Origin: Candidatus Caldarchaeum subterraneum
GTDB taxonomy: Archaea; Thermoproteota; Nitrososphaeria_A; Caldarchaeales; Caldarchaeaceae
Assembly (NCBI GenBank): GCA_000270325.1
Contig: BA000048.1
Location: forward strand, 515,709-579,708
Direction of reading: 5' to 3'
Length of the DNA: 64,000 bases
Positions 55,361-64,000 of this stretch are shown here, one piece after another. Below the pieces are notes generated by a model, which searched no databases, was not told the origin of the DNA, and saw only the letters and a program-made list of their open reading frames with translations. Within the stretch, counting starts at the first letter, position 1. Each line of letters opens with the position of its first letter. The position numbers and the translations under genes are program-made.

Positions 55361-56713
55361 ATGTGTGGTGGATGTTTTTTGTTGCGTGTGGTGGGGCTGC
55401 GTGGTGTGGGTGATGTTGCGGCAGGGTTGAGGAGCGGGTTGGCCGCTGTTGAGCCGGGTGCTTTGATTCGTCGAGTGGTGAAGCGGCGTGGTGGATGTCT
55501 GCAAATAGGGGGTAAGGTGGTTGAGCTGAGACGATTCCGCGACTTTGTCATAGTTGGCGGGGGGAAGGCTGCGGAGGGAATGGCCGCTGAGATGCTGCGG
55601 CTTCTCGACGGCTTAGACGTCAGAGGCGTGGTTGTTGTTCCACGTGGATACAGGCTGAGACGGCGTCTCAAACCTCTCGAGGTTCTATACGGAGGCCACC
55701 CGCTGCCAGACAGTATGAGCGAGGAGGCTGGGCGGCTGATACTCGAGATGGCTTCATCATGCAGCGGCGACTCGCTTGCTTTTGTTCTTGTCTCGGGTGG
55801 TTTTTCGGCGTTGGCCGCCGTGCCAGCTGAAGGTGTTTCGCTGCAGGACAAGGTTGAGGCAACCTCTGCGCTTCTGAGGGCCGGCGCCTCGATAGATGAG
55901 TTGAACACTGTGCGGAAGCATCTCTCAGCCTTCAAAGGTGGATGGCTTGCGAAAAGCCTCCGCTGCAGGGCCTTCTCCCTCATACTCTCCGATGTTGTCG
56001 GCGACCGTGTCGACGTGATTGGCTCGGGGCCCACTGCACCTGATCCCACAACCTTCCGGGACGCCCTCGATGTTTTGAGGAGGCGGGGTGTGGAGGTGTC
56101 TGAGAATGTTTGGCGACGGCTGCGTCGGGGTGCTGAGGGGATTTATCCTGAGACGCCTAAGCAGGGTGACCCGTGTTTTAGACGTGTTGTGAACGTGGTT
56201 GTCGGCGGCTGTGTCGACTCGGTGAAGGCCGCCGCTTTGGAGATGCGGCGAAGAGGTTACAGTGTTGTTGCGTTGACGAGCGGTGTTGTGGGGGAGGCGA
56301 GGACTGTGGCGAACCTTTTCGCCGCGGTGGCCCGTGATGTGGTGAGGCATGGTGTTCCCCATGCTCCGCCTTTTGCTCTGGTTGCAGGGGGTGAGACAAC
56401 CGTGACAGTGCGAGGACGTGGTAGAGGAGGCCGCAACCAGGAGCTGGTTTTGGCCACCCTGCATCTCTTACGTGATGTTCCGAGGTTTGTTTTCGCATCG
56501 ATTGGCACAGATGGGGTGGACGGCGTAACCGATGCCGCGGGAGCGGTCGCGACTCCTCAGACTCTCAGAAACGCGGCTAAGGAGGGGCTTGACCCTCTGC
56601 CGTTTCTCGAGGACAACGACTCCTACACGTTTTTCAGCAGGGTTGGTGGACTTGTTTTGACGGGGCCCACTGGCACAAACGTGGGCGATTTGATGATTCT
56701 CGCCATCAGGTAG
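55361..56713 (+). CDS. Glycerate kinase (MOFRL family)
   Basis: VIVGGGKAAEGMA, GGETTVTVRGRGRGGRNQE and SIGTDGVDG motifs; true start may be a downstream GTG/TTG. Confidence 0.7.
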   Translation: MCGGCFLLRVVGLRGVGDVAAGLRSGLAAVEPGALIRRVVKRRGGCLQIGGKVVELRRFRDFVIVGGGKAAEGMAAEMLRLLDGLDVRGVVVVPRGYRLRRRLKPLEVLYGGHPLPDSMSEEAGRLILEMASSCSGDSLAFVLVSGGFSALAAVPAEGVSLQDKVEATSALLRAGASIDELNTVRKHLSAFKGGWLAKSLRCRAFSLILSDVVGDRVDVIGSGPTAPDPTTFRDALDVLRRRGVEVSENVWRRLRRGAEGIYPETPKQGDPCFRRVVNVVVGGCVDSVKAAALEMRRRGYSVVALTSGVVGEARTVANLFAAVARDVVRHGVPHAPPFALVAGGETTVTVRGRGRGGRNQELVLATLHLLRDVPRFVFASIGTDGVDGVTDAAGAVATPQTLRNAAKEGLDPLPFLEDNDSYTFFSRVGGLVLTGPTGTNVGDLMILAIR

Positions 56714-57743
56714 AGAAGACCCATGAGAGGTCTGGCCTGTGTTTTCTTTCGCCGACTTTTTCGTGGAGGTAGTGGGCTATGAGAGGTAGTGCGATTGTTG
56801 CGTCGCAGAAGCACTGGACACCTACTCCCTCGGATGTCTCCTTCCCCCAGCTCTTGCCCTCCTCAAGTGTTGCGCCTGATAAGCCGCCCCAGTGTGGGTT
56901 GTCGGTGGTTATCTGGACGGCGTAGCGATGAGGCCGCGTCGTAAGCGCGTCTCCTTTCTCGAGAATGTCGACAGCGACGGCTGACAACTGGATAAAGTCT
57001 TTGGGAACTCCTCCGCCGATGAAGACTGCTGCGCTGTCGCGGTGCCTGCCTCGTATGCGGACGAGTTGTTCATAGTCTTTGAAGTGGTCGAGGACGAGTC
57101 TGTAGCCGGGTTTGCGGTGTCTGTTGATAATGTAGGCGACGCCGTATCCGCTGTCTTCGATGGCTGGGCTGAAGACGGGCACTCCTGCTCTGTATGCGGC
57201 TTGGACTATTCCGTGTATGTTGCGTTGGTCTAGCCATTTGCCGAAGAGGTGGAGGAACTCGGCTGAGGAAATGGGGTTCATGTTGTCGAGTGTCAGCATA
57301 AAGTCGGCAAGCATTCCCTCCATCTTGATGTAGTCTTCTTCCTTGACGAAGACATCGTGGAACCTGTAGATGCGGAGACGGCGGAGGAGGTCGTCGTCGA
57401 TGTATGATGTGCCGATGTAGTAGTTGTAGCCCATGGCGGCTATGAGATCTTCCGAGATGTTGGCCCCTGTAGACACAACAACGTCCACGAACCTTTTCTC
57501 GATGAGCCATTTGACTATTTTCCACTGACCCGTTGTGCTGAGGGAGCCTGCATATCCAAGCATGATGACTGTGTCCTTTGCTTGTGCGGCTTTCGCCCAT
57601 GTTTCGGCTGCGAGAGCGAGGTTTCTTCCCTGAAACCCTGTTAGCTTCATTTGGTCGAGGAGCTGGGCGATGGTTTTTTCGCCGACCTCGACTGCTTGGA
57701 GCGGTGTGCGTAGCAGTTGATCTATCTGTATCTCGTGCTGCAT
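56706..57743 (-). CDS. Deoxyhypusine synthase
   Basis: 345 aa with DHS-like NAD-binding pattern (VVSTGANISEDL..., FIGGGVPKDF). Confidence 0.65.
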   Translation of the reverse strand: MQHEIQIDQLLRTPLQAVEVGEKTIAQLLDQMKLTGFQGRNLALAAETWAKAAQAKDTVIMLGYAGSLSTTGQWKIVKWLIEKRFVDVVVSTGANISEDLIAAMGYNYYIGTSYIDDDLLRRLRIYRFHDVFVKEEDYIKMEGMLADFMLTLDNMNPISSAEFLHLFGKWLDQRNIHGIVQAAYRAGVPVFSPAIEDSGYGVAYIINRHRKPGYRLVLDHFKDYEQLVRIRGRHRDSAAVFIGGGVPKDFIQLSAVAVDILEKGDALTTRPHRYAVQITTDNPHWGGLSGATLEEGKSWGKETSEGVGVQCFCDATIALPLIAHYLHEKVGERKHRPDLSWVFST

Positions 57744-57765
57744 GTTTGTTTTGTTGTTTGGTTTG

Positions 57766-58320
57766 TTAAAGCTTTTGTGTTTTTTGGCGTGCGAGTGCGA
57801 CTGCTTTGTCAGCGGCTGCTTCGGGGTCGTTGATGTAGTGGGCTGCGTTGATTTTTCGGTGGTCGAGGTGTCCGTCGGGATGCATCTGTGCGAGGATGTC
57901 TGATGGATAGCCTGTCTCGGTTAGGATGATGAGTGGGATGCGGTAGATGTATGCGAGGTGTGCTTCGATGATTGTTCCCGAGCCGCCGCCGAGGATGACG
58001 AAGCTGTCGCTGCTTCTGACGAGGCCTATGCTTCTTGCCTGGTAGGTTTGTCCGCTGCGGAAGACGATGGTGTTGTAGGGGTTGTATCGTGGATGGGTTT
58101 TGTCGATGAACTCGTCCTCGTATGGGATGACGCCCACCGTTATCCCACCTCTTCGCACAAACTCTTCACACACCACACGCATCAAGCCGCCGTCACCACC
58201 CGTCAGCAAAACAACCTCATCCCTGTAAACACCCAGTCGCGCGGCAAACCTCCGCGCCTTCTCAACAGCACCCGGCAAAGGCTCACGGTCACTCGAACAA
58301 CCCACACCAATCTGCAGCAT
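57766..58320 (-). CDS. LOG/TIGR00725-like Rossmann-fold protein
   Basis: VLLTGGDGGLM and ILGGGSGTIIEA Gly-rich motifs. Confidence 0.45.
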   Translation of the reverse strand: MLQIGVGCSSDREPLPGAVEKARRFAARLGVYRDEVVLLTGGDGGLMRVVCEEFVRRGGITVGVIPYEDEFIDKTHPRYNPYNTIVFRSGQTYQARSIGLVRSSDSFVILGGGSGTIIEAHLAYIYRIPLIILTETGYPSDILAQMHPDGHLDHRKINAAHYINDPEAAADKAVALARQKTQKL

Positions 58321-58421
58321 AGCCCACTAGCCAACAACCACCCTATTAAACCATAGACACGTCAAACCAAGAATTCTTGGAAAAAGGTAAAGCTTATTGG
58401 TGAAATTTTTCTCTTGTTTTC

Positions 58422-58568
58422 GTGGGCTGGAGAGCTTCTGAGCCTTGTCCTTTCTGCGGTATCAGGGTTCAGCCCATCAAGACCTTTCACGGGTCAAAGA
58501 AGTGTCCGCTCTGTGGGGGAGAATGGTTTGAGTCAGGTGGCTTTGCTCCGAAGACAACCATGTGGTGA
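58422..58568 (+). CDS. Putative small zinc-ribbon protein (48 aa, GTG start), not in ORF table
   Basis: Reading frame VGWRASEPCPFCGIRVQPIKTFHGSKKCPLCGGEWFESGGFAPKTTMW* contains two CPxCG knuckles 18 residues apart. Confidence 0.3.
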   Translation: MGWRASEPCPFCGIRVQPIKTFHGSKKCPLCGGEWFESGGFAPKTTMW

Positions 58569-58597
58569 AAAAAGGGATAGTTAAAGTGTATTGCCGT

Positions 58598-58626
58598 GGG
58601 TCTGTGATTTTTCCCGTCAAAGCTGT
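58598..58626. repeat. 29-nt direct repeat copy 1 (gggtctgtgatttttcccgtcaaagctgt), intergenic, just 3' of reverse gyrase
   Basis: 28/29 identity with 62489-62517; flanking gcttgcgag also shared. Confidence 0.8.
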
Positions 58627-58654
58627 AAGTGTTGAACCCTGTTGCTTGCGAGCT

Positions 58655-61600
58655 TTATGCAGCTCTTGCAGGTGTTTTCGAGATTTGTAAAGTTTCTCTG
58701 TACAGTTCTTTTAGAACTTCTTGGTAGCTGACCTTACCAGACTCGATACTCTCCATGAGCTCCTCCAGCCTCCTCGTCAACGCCTCGGAGACAAACGAGC
58801 CAAAATTCGACACGAGATATCCATAGATTGTCTTACCCAGTTTTGTCGCCAGAACTCTTCCATTATCGTTGAAAATGTATCGTCTCTTGTAGAGGAGGTT
58901 GAGGACCTGTGCGTAGGTGCTCGGCCTGCCTATGCCTCGTTCCCTCATCAAGGCGATTATGTCACCTTCGCGGAAAAACGGCACCGCCTGCATGCTCTTG
59001 ATCTGGAGGTTCAGCACCCTGTGGACACCCGGTTCAAGCGCCTTCACCGTCTTGATGACTTGGTAGAGGTGGAGGAACCCTGGCTCAATAACATCTACAA
59101 TCCTCTCTATATCATAGGTTTTCCCGAGAATCATCAACTTGCATATCTGTCTCTGCACCAGCGCGTCCTTCATCTGACTAGCCATGAAACGTCTAAACAC
59201 AAGGTCGTAGAGCATAAACTCTCTATCACCTATTCGCATCGGCACTCTAATCAAACCCGACTGGAGATAAAGCTCGAGCTGCTTTCTCGAGAGCGGTTTC
59301 GTCGGCCTGATGCATTCATGTGCACCTGGTTCGCCATGATGCCTCGCCACAAAAAGCCCTGGAAAGTTCTCTTCAAGATAATTTCGAGCCACCGATAACC
59401 CTGTCGACGAGACATACGTCGACCCCGTTCTATGATAAGTTATCAGACCTGACTCGAAGAGGGTCTGGGCAGCATCCATCGCCTCCGCAGCACTCAGCCT
59501 GAGAAAAATCGATGCATCCCTTAGGAGAGAATCGGTCGTATAGGGCTTGACAGCAGGTACAACCGTCTCAACATACTTTACATCAGCCACCTCCACATTC
59601 AACACGCCCTCGGCATAGAGTCTCTTGACAACGTCAACATCCTCAATGCTGTCTAGCATGAGCTCGGAGCCGTCTTCAAACGTCATGCTTGCGACTAGTC
59701 TCTTCTTCTTAGCCTCTTCCATCCTTTGGATTATCCAGCCGAGGACAGGGGTTTGGACACGGCCTGCCGAGAGATGTTTTTCTCCGAAAAACTCCCAGAG
59801 ACGTCTGCTCAGCTCAAAGCCAACCCACCTATCCTCAATCCTTCTCACAACCTGTGCCTCGACAAGCGGCAGCGAAATACTGCGAGGAGACTTGAACGCA
59901 TCCCGCAAAGCCTTCCTCGTAATCTCATGAAGCTCAAGCCTCTCAATCCGCTTGTTAAACGGCCAAATACTCACATAGAGGTCGTAGCCAATCTTCTCAC
60001 CCTCCGTATCAGGGTCGGTTGCAATAAAGACACGGTCAAACTCGAGCGCCAGTTTACGGAGAGACTCGATTATGGATAGCTTGGTAAAGTATTTATCGGA
60101 GCGGCAGTTGGGACATACTTCGCTGTCCGTAAACTGCTCTCCACACTTAGAGCATCTCCTAATATCCACATACATCGGCACAAACTCTCCATCATGGACC
60201 CAGACACCATGGAACCCCTGGCTCGTCGTAATGTCCACCAAATGCCCCTGACAAGCGGTGAGACACGCGACATATCCCTCGCCAACCGACTCGTAAACAG
60301 TCAGTCCATCAACAACTCGTCTAGCAGGTTTTCCGAAGAAATAGGCCAGTGTACGGGCCTTCGTAGGCGACTCGACAACAATCAGCGACGAGCTCAAAAT
60401 ATCTAAGGACTCTAGTCTAGCCGACCCTGTTCTAATCTCTCGCAGAAACTGTCTATCTCTATCACATTGCTTAAACTCCTCCCTGGCTTGCTCCAAGGTG
60501 TATTCTTGGAACGTTTCTTCATAAATGGTTTCGAGGGCTCTCGAGATGCCTCTAAAAGCTTTCTCGTCATCTACTATGAGGATGGATATTCCACGGGTTA
60601 TGCCTCCCGCATACATCCTCGACGAGCGGCCCGACGCCTGTATATATCCATCGATGTCGGGAAGAATGATAGAGACACCGTTCTCGTCTACACGTAATCT
60701 CATGTCTAGGTTCTCTGCGACACGTCTCAGCTCCTCTTCACCGATGTATGTTTTTAGAAGTTGATGAGCTCTCGTGACAGCTGAGTAGACGTATCCCGCA
60801 AATCCTTCGGGCTGTCTAGAGGATTCAAGCCCCTCTCTGACAATCTCCAACACCTCCCTATCGGTGGGGACACATTTCTTCAACATGCCGGTGACCTGTA
60901 CTAGTTCGGACTCGTTCTTCTCCCTAAGTATCGAGTACAGGTTTCTGAGGAGGCTGAGCAGCATAGAGGGCCTGTGCTCTCGCCAAGACACGTTAAGCTC
61001 ACGCCTGGGAACACCGGCGAAAATTACGTATCTTATCCGCTCCGGTAAGTCTATGCCTCTGGCTAGAGGGCTTCTCCTGCTAGCGACACCGACCAAGACA
61101 TCATACTCGCCCAACTCAAACCGACCAAGCATCTTCGCATCCATCCTCTCGTAAGCATATGCGCTAATACCCTGGCTGTTCAGAAATTTTGCCAGCTCTT
61201 TAGCGGACTCGACGCCCGCTGTCTGCGGCACAAAAATCAGACATCCGCCGCCATGTGTCTTCACCAGCTCAGCAACCTGCTCCCACATGTTCTTGCTTGG
61301 ACGCAGATACATGTTGGAGATGTTTCTGACAAACTCTATTGAGCCTCCGGGCTCAAAGTTTAGAAGGCGTCTGAACAGTTGGATTCTCTTGGTTCTCCGG
61401 CCCTTCGCAGTGGCTCCGGCTACAAGCAATATAGAGTCGGGCTTCGCAATTTCTCTAGAAGCATGCTCCCCTGCCTCATTCTTCTCAGACCTACGCGAGA
61501 CTAGGCTTAATTGTCTCTCTATCTCTTCTTCATCAAACCCCATTAAGAGAAGAACCTTGTCGATGTTCCTCGCCGACTTGAGGAAAGAGTCTACATCATC

Positions 61601-62182
61601 AACAAAAATGAAGGAGAACTTTTTTCCTCTCAGAAGCTCGAAACGTGTGTTGAGGAAACGGTCTGTAGTAACCAGAATGTTAAACTCCTCATCCCTTATC
61701 TTCTGCAGCATCTCTTCCGCCTCGCTCTTTTTCATGCCGGAAAAGTATCCAGCGATTTTTGGTGCTTTTTCTCCATGTTTGGCCGCCATCGATAAGGCTC
61801 TTTCATGGATTTGTTGTGCAAGGAGGCTTGTGGGGACGATTATGTAGGATTTTTTCCCCTTGGACGCTTGGTAAATGGCCATCGCTATGAAGAAGGTTGT
61901 CTTCCCCGTTCCCGTCGGAGAAACTATTGAGAAGCTTCTTCCAAGGAATGTTCTTCTAATCCATGTCCGCTGCAGAGACCATGGAGGGGAGCCAACGACT
62001 CTGCTGAAAAAATCCGCAAACTCTCTATATCTTTCCTCAAGCTCCAAAGCCTTTGTATATTTTCCCGGCTTAAGCCTGCCATCCTGCGAAACACATCTGC
62101 TACAAACTCCGTTACCAATAAGCTCCTCATCGGTTATTGCCCCTCCACAGTTTGGGCAGAGAGATGCATAGATCGACTTCAA
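58655..62182 (-). CDS. rgy: Reverse gyrase
   Basis: 1175 aa: N-terminal Zn finger CPNCGG...CSRC, helicase Walker A PTGTGKTT, topoisomerase IA Toprim IVESPTKARTL, second Zn finger CSKCGE...CPNC. Confidence 0.9.
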   Translation of the reverse strand: MKSIYASLCPNCGGAITDEELIGNGVCSRCVSQDGRLKPGKYTKALELEERYREFADFFSRVVGSPPWSLQRTWIRRTFLGRSFSIVSPTGTGKTTFFIAMAIYQASKGKKSYIIVPTSLLAQQIHERALSMAAKHGEKAPKIAGYFSGMKKSEAEEMLQKIRDEEFNILVTTDRFLNTRFELLRGKKFSFIFVDDVDSFLKSARNIDKVLLLMGFDEEEIERQLSLVSRRSEKNEAGEHASREIAKPDSILLVAGATAKGRRTKRIQLFRRLLNFEPGGSIEFVRNISNMYLRPSKNMWEQVAELVKTHGGGCLIFVPQTAGVESAKELAKFLNSQGISAYAYERMDAKMLGRFELGEYDVLVGVASRRSPLARGIDLPERIRYVIFAGVPRRELNVSWREHRPSMLLSLLRNLYSILREKNESELVQVTGMLKKCVPTDREVLEIVREGLESSRQPEGFAGYVYSAVTRAHQLLKTYIGEEELRRVAENLDMRLRVDENGVSIILPDIDGYIQASGRSSRMYAGGITRGISILIVDDEKAFRGISRALETIYEETFQEYTLEQAREEFKQCDRDRQFLREIRTGSARLESLDILSSSLIVVESPTKARTLAYFFGKPARRVVDGLTVYESVGEGYVACLTACQGHLVDITTSQGFHGVWVHDGEFVPMYVDIRRCSKCGEQFTDSEVCPNCRSDKYFTKLSIIESLRKLALEFDRVFIATDPDTEGEKIGYDLYVSIWPFNKRIERLELHEITRKALRDAFKSPRSISLPLVEAQVVRRIEDRWVGFELSRRLWEFFGEKHLSAGRVQTPVLGWIIQRMEEAKKKRLVASMTFEDGSELMLDSIEDVDVVKRLYAEGVLNVEVADVKYVETVVPAVKPYTTDSLLRDASIFLRLSAAEAMDAAQTLFESGLITYHRTGSTYVSSTGLSVARNYLEENFPGLFVARHHGEPGAHECIRPTKPLSRKQLELYLQSGLIRVPMRIGDREFMLYDLVFRRFMASQMKDALVQRQICKLMILGKTYDIERIVDVIEPGFLHLYQVIKTVKALEPGVHRVLNLQIKSMQAVPFFREGDIIALMRERGIGRPSTYAQVLNLLYKRRYIFNDNGRVLATKLGKTIYGYLVSNFGSFVSEALTRRLEELMESIESGKVSYQEVLKELYRETLQISKTPARAA

Positions 62183-62460
62183 CGCTAAGAAGCATCTACT
62201 CCCGCCTCAACTTATATTGTTTCCAGATGTGAGTGAGGCTTGTTAGGCTTGTTGTGGTTGAGCCATGTTTAAAAACATTTCTGGCTTCTGTGTTTCCTAG
62301 ATGTTGTTTGGTGGCTGCCTGCCAGCCAACCATCCCCCAATTTTTCCCGTTTGTTATGTTGTTTTTCTTTCGCCTTACGCTCTTTCTCTTTTATGCAAAC
62401 TCGTCGATTGATGGGAGTCTATGATAGTTTTCGCCTCGCCGCTCCTAATCCATGAGGTTA

Positions 62461-63888
62461 TTAAAGGTCCTGCAGTGGAAACTGTCTCGGGTCTGTTATT
62501 TTTCCCGTCAAAGCTGTGGCCGCTGCGACGAGAGGGCTTGCGAGATGCGTCCGTCCTCCGACGCCTTGCCTGTTCTCGAAGTTGCGGTTGCTTGTCGAGA
62601 GACATCTCTCGCCGGGCCTCAGCCTGTCCTCGTTCATGGCGATGCACATGCTGCATCCGCTGTTCCGCCACTCAAACCCTGCCTCCATGAATATCCTATG
62701 CAGCCCCATTCTTTCAGCTCTCCGCTTTGTCAGCTGCGAACCCGGCACCACAAGAACCCTGACACCCTCGGCCTTCTTCCTACCTTTCACAAGCCTCGCC
62801 ACATCAATCAAGTCGCTCAACCTGGCGTTGGTGCATGAGCCGATGAACACCGTGTCCACCTTGATGTCCGAAACCTTCATCCCAGGCTTTAGCCCCATAT
62901 ACTGCAGAGCCCGTTCAACGGCTTTTCTATCGGATGGGTCGTCAAAGTCATCGGGCGACGGCACGTTCTCCGTTACTCCGACTGTCATGGCGGGGTTGGT
63001 GCCCCACGTGACCTGTGGCTCGATGCGGGACACGTCAAACTCATGGACCGTGTCATATTTTGCGCCCGGGTCTGTTTTCAGCGTCCGCCAATACTCCATC
63101 GCCTCATCCCATTCACGGCCCTTCGGGCTATAGGGCGCGTCCTTGAGAAAGTTGAAGACTTTTTCATCGGGTTCTATGATGGCTGTCCGCGCCCCGCCCT
63201 CTATGGACATGTTGGTCAACGTCATCCTCTCCTCGACGCCGATGCTTCTGACATAGTCGCCTGTGAACTCGACGACGTGTCCTATGCACCCCCCTGTGCC
63301 GAGCTTCCTGATGATGTAGAGGATAACATCCTTCGCTGTCACGTTTTCGCCGAGTTTACCCATCAGCCTAATGTTCATCTGCTTCGGCTTCTTCAGCCAA
63401 AGCGTCTGCGTGGCAAAAACATGTTCCCCCTCGCTTGTCCCGATTCCGAAGGCGAGGGCCCCGAATGCGCCATGGGTGGATGTGTGGCTGTCGCCGCAGA
63501 CAAGCGTGATGCCAGGGATGGTGAAGCCCAGCTCAGGCCCAATAACGTGGACGATGCCCTGAAACGGGCTAAAGTAGTCGAACAAGGTGATGCCGAACTC
63601 TCGTGCGTTGCGGCTGAGCGCCTGCATCTGCGCCGCCGACATAGGGTCTCTCACAGGCTCCAATCTATCGCCTGTTGGAACGTTGTGGTCCATCACCGCG
63701 AAAGTCAGGTCGGGCCTCCGCACTCTACGGCCCGCGGCCCTCAACCCCTCGAAGGCAAGCGGCGAAGTAACCTCATGTGTCAGATGACGGTCTATGTAGA
63801 GAAGCGTCTGCCCATCCTCTCTCTCCGCGAGAGCATGGCTGTTCCAAATCTTCTCAAACACCGTGTAGCCCATGCCTCTCCAAAACAC
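62461..63888 (-). CDS. leuC: 3-isopropylmalate dehydratase / homoaconitase large subunit (aconitase family)
   Basis: YIDRHLTHEVTSP, VCGDSHTSTHGA, FIGSCTNARLSDL motifs of aconitase-family large subunits. Confidence 0.8.
   Translation of the reverse strand: MFWRGMGYTVFEKIWNSHALAEREDGQTLLYIDRHLTHEVTSPLAFEGLRAAGRRVRRPDLTFAVMDHNVPTGDRLEPVRDPMSAAQMQALSRNAREFGITLFDYFSPFQGIVHVIGPELGFTIPGITLVCGDSHTSTHGAFGALAFGIGTSEGEHVFATQTLWLKKPKQMNIRLMGKLGENVTAKDVILYIIRKLGTGGCIGHVVEFTGDYVRSIGVEERMTLTNMSIEGGARTAIIEPDEKVFNFLKDAPYSPKGREWDEAMEYWRTLKTDPGAKYDTVHEFDVSRIEPQVTWGTNPAMTVGVTENVPSPDDFDDPSDRKAVERALQYMGLKPGMKVSDIKVDTVFIGSCTNARLSDLIDVARLVKGRKKAEGVRVLVVPGSQLTKRRAERMGLHRIFMEAGFEWRNSGCSMCIAMNEDRLRPGERCLSTSNRNFENRQGVGGRTHLASPLVAAATALTGKITDPRQFPLQDL
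62489..62517. repeat. 29-nt direct repeat copy 2, inside the 3' end of leuC (encodes TALTGKITD)
   Basis: See copy 1. Confidence 0.8.
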
Positions 63889-64000
63889 CGCAAAACCCTG
63901 TGTAAAAAAGGTTCGCCACTATAGCCGTTGCCACATAAGCTTGACAACCATCAAATCCTGCGCAGGGACCTCCACACGCCACACTGTCTCCACACCTTTT

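Noticed and set aside
55303-56049. 250-codon N-terminal extension of the DedA ORF (54673..56049)
   Set aside because: The extension is Ser/Thr/Pro/Arg-rich low complexity and antisense to the glycerate kinase gene; the DedA-like sequence starts at the internal Met at 55302.
58598-58626. The rgy-flanking repeat as a transcription terminator
   Set aside because: Although it contains a T5 run on the + strand, there is no stable hairpin, and the second copy lies inside leuC coding sequence; a duplication explanation fits better than a shared terminator.

Overview
This 64 kb window looks like a chromosomal segment from a hyperthermophilic archaeon: it encodes reverse gyrase, archease, deoxyhypusine synthase, an FtsZ-type GTPase and intron-containing tRNAs. 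All calls are from reading the sequence and the six-frame ORF table; no database search was run, and start codons are approximate. Core content: a 2596-aa signal-peptide/TM-anchored surface protein with a smaller Thr-rich anchored partner (S-layer-like pair), sugar-acid (branched Entner-Doudoroff type) genes, a PyrI-PyrE fusion with PyrF, a Liv-type ABC transporter, a carotenoid locus (crtI-crtB-UbiA prenyltransferase, convergent GGPP synthase), a glutamate-synthase-like cluster, and leuC. Accessory content is concentrated near four tRNA genes: three complete toxin-antitoxin pairs (two VapBC, one RelBE-like) plus a VapB-like antitoxin with a truncated PIN fragment, two HEPN/nucleotidyltransferase pairs, and two paralogous amino-methyltransferases each overlapping by 4 nt an unrelated protein of unknown function. 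These methyltransferase-partner modules are the best candidates for an undescribed restriction-modification-like or defence system. Other points worth a second look: an acylphosphatase gene interrupted by a +1 frameshift in an A8 run, a tRNA-Gln with two 21-nt introns (one in the D-arm), a ~330 bp G-depleted tract upstream of the giant surface gene, and a 29-nt near-perfect direct repeat that brackets reverse gyrase and duplicates the 3' end of leuC. No CRISPR array, rRNA, integrase or transposase was recognised.
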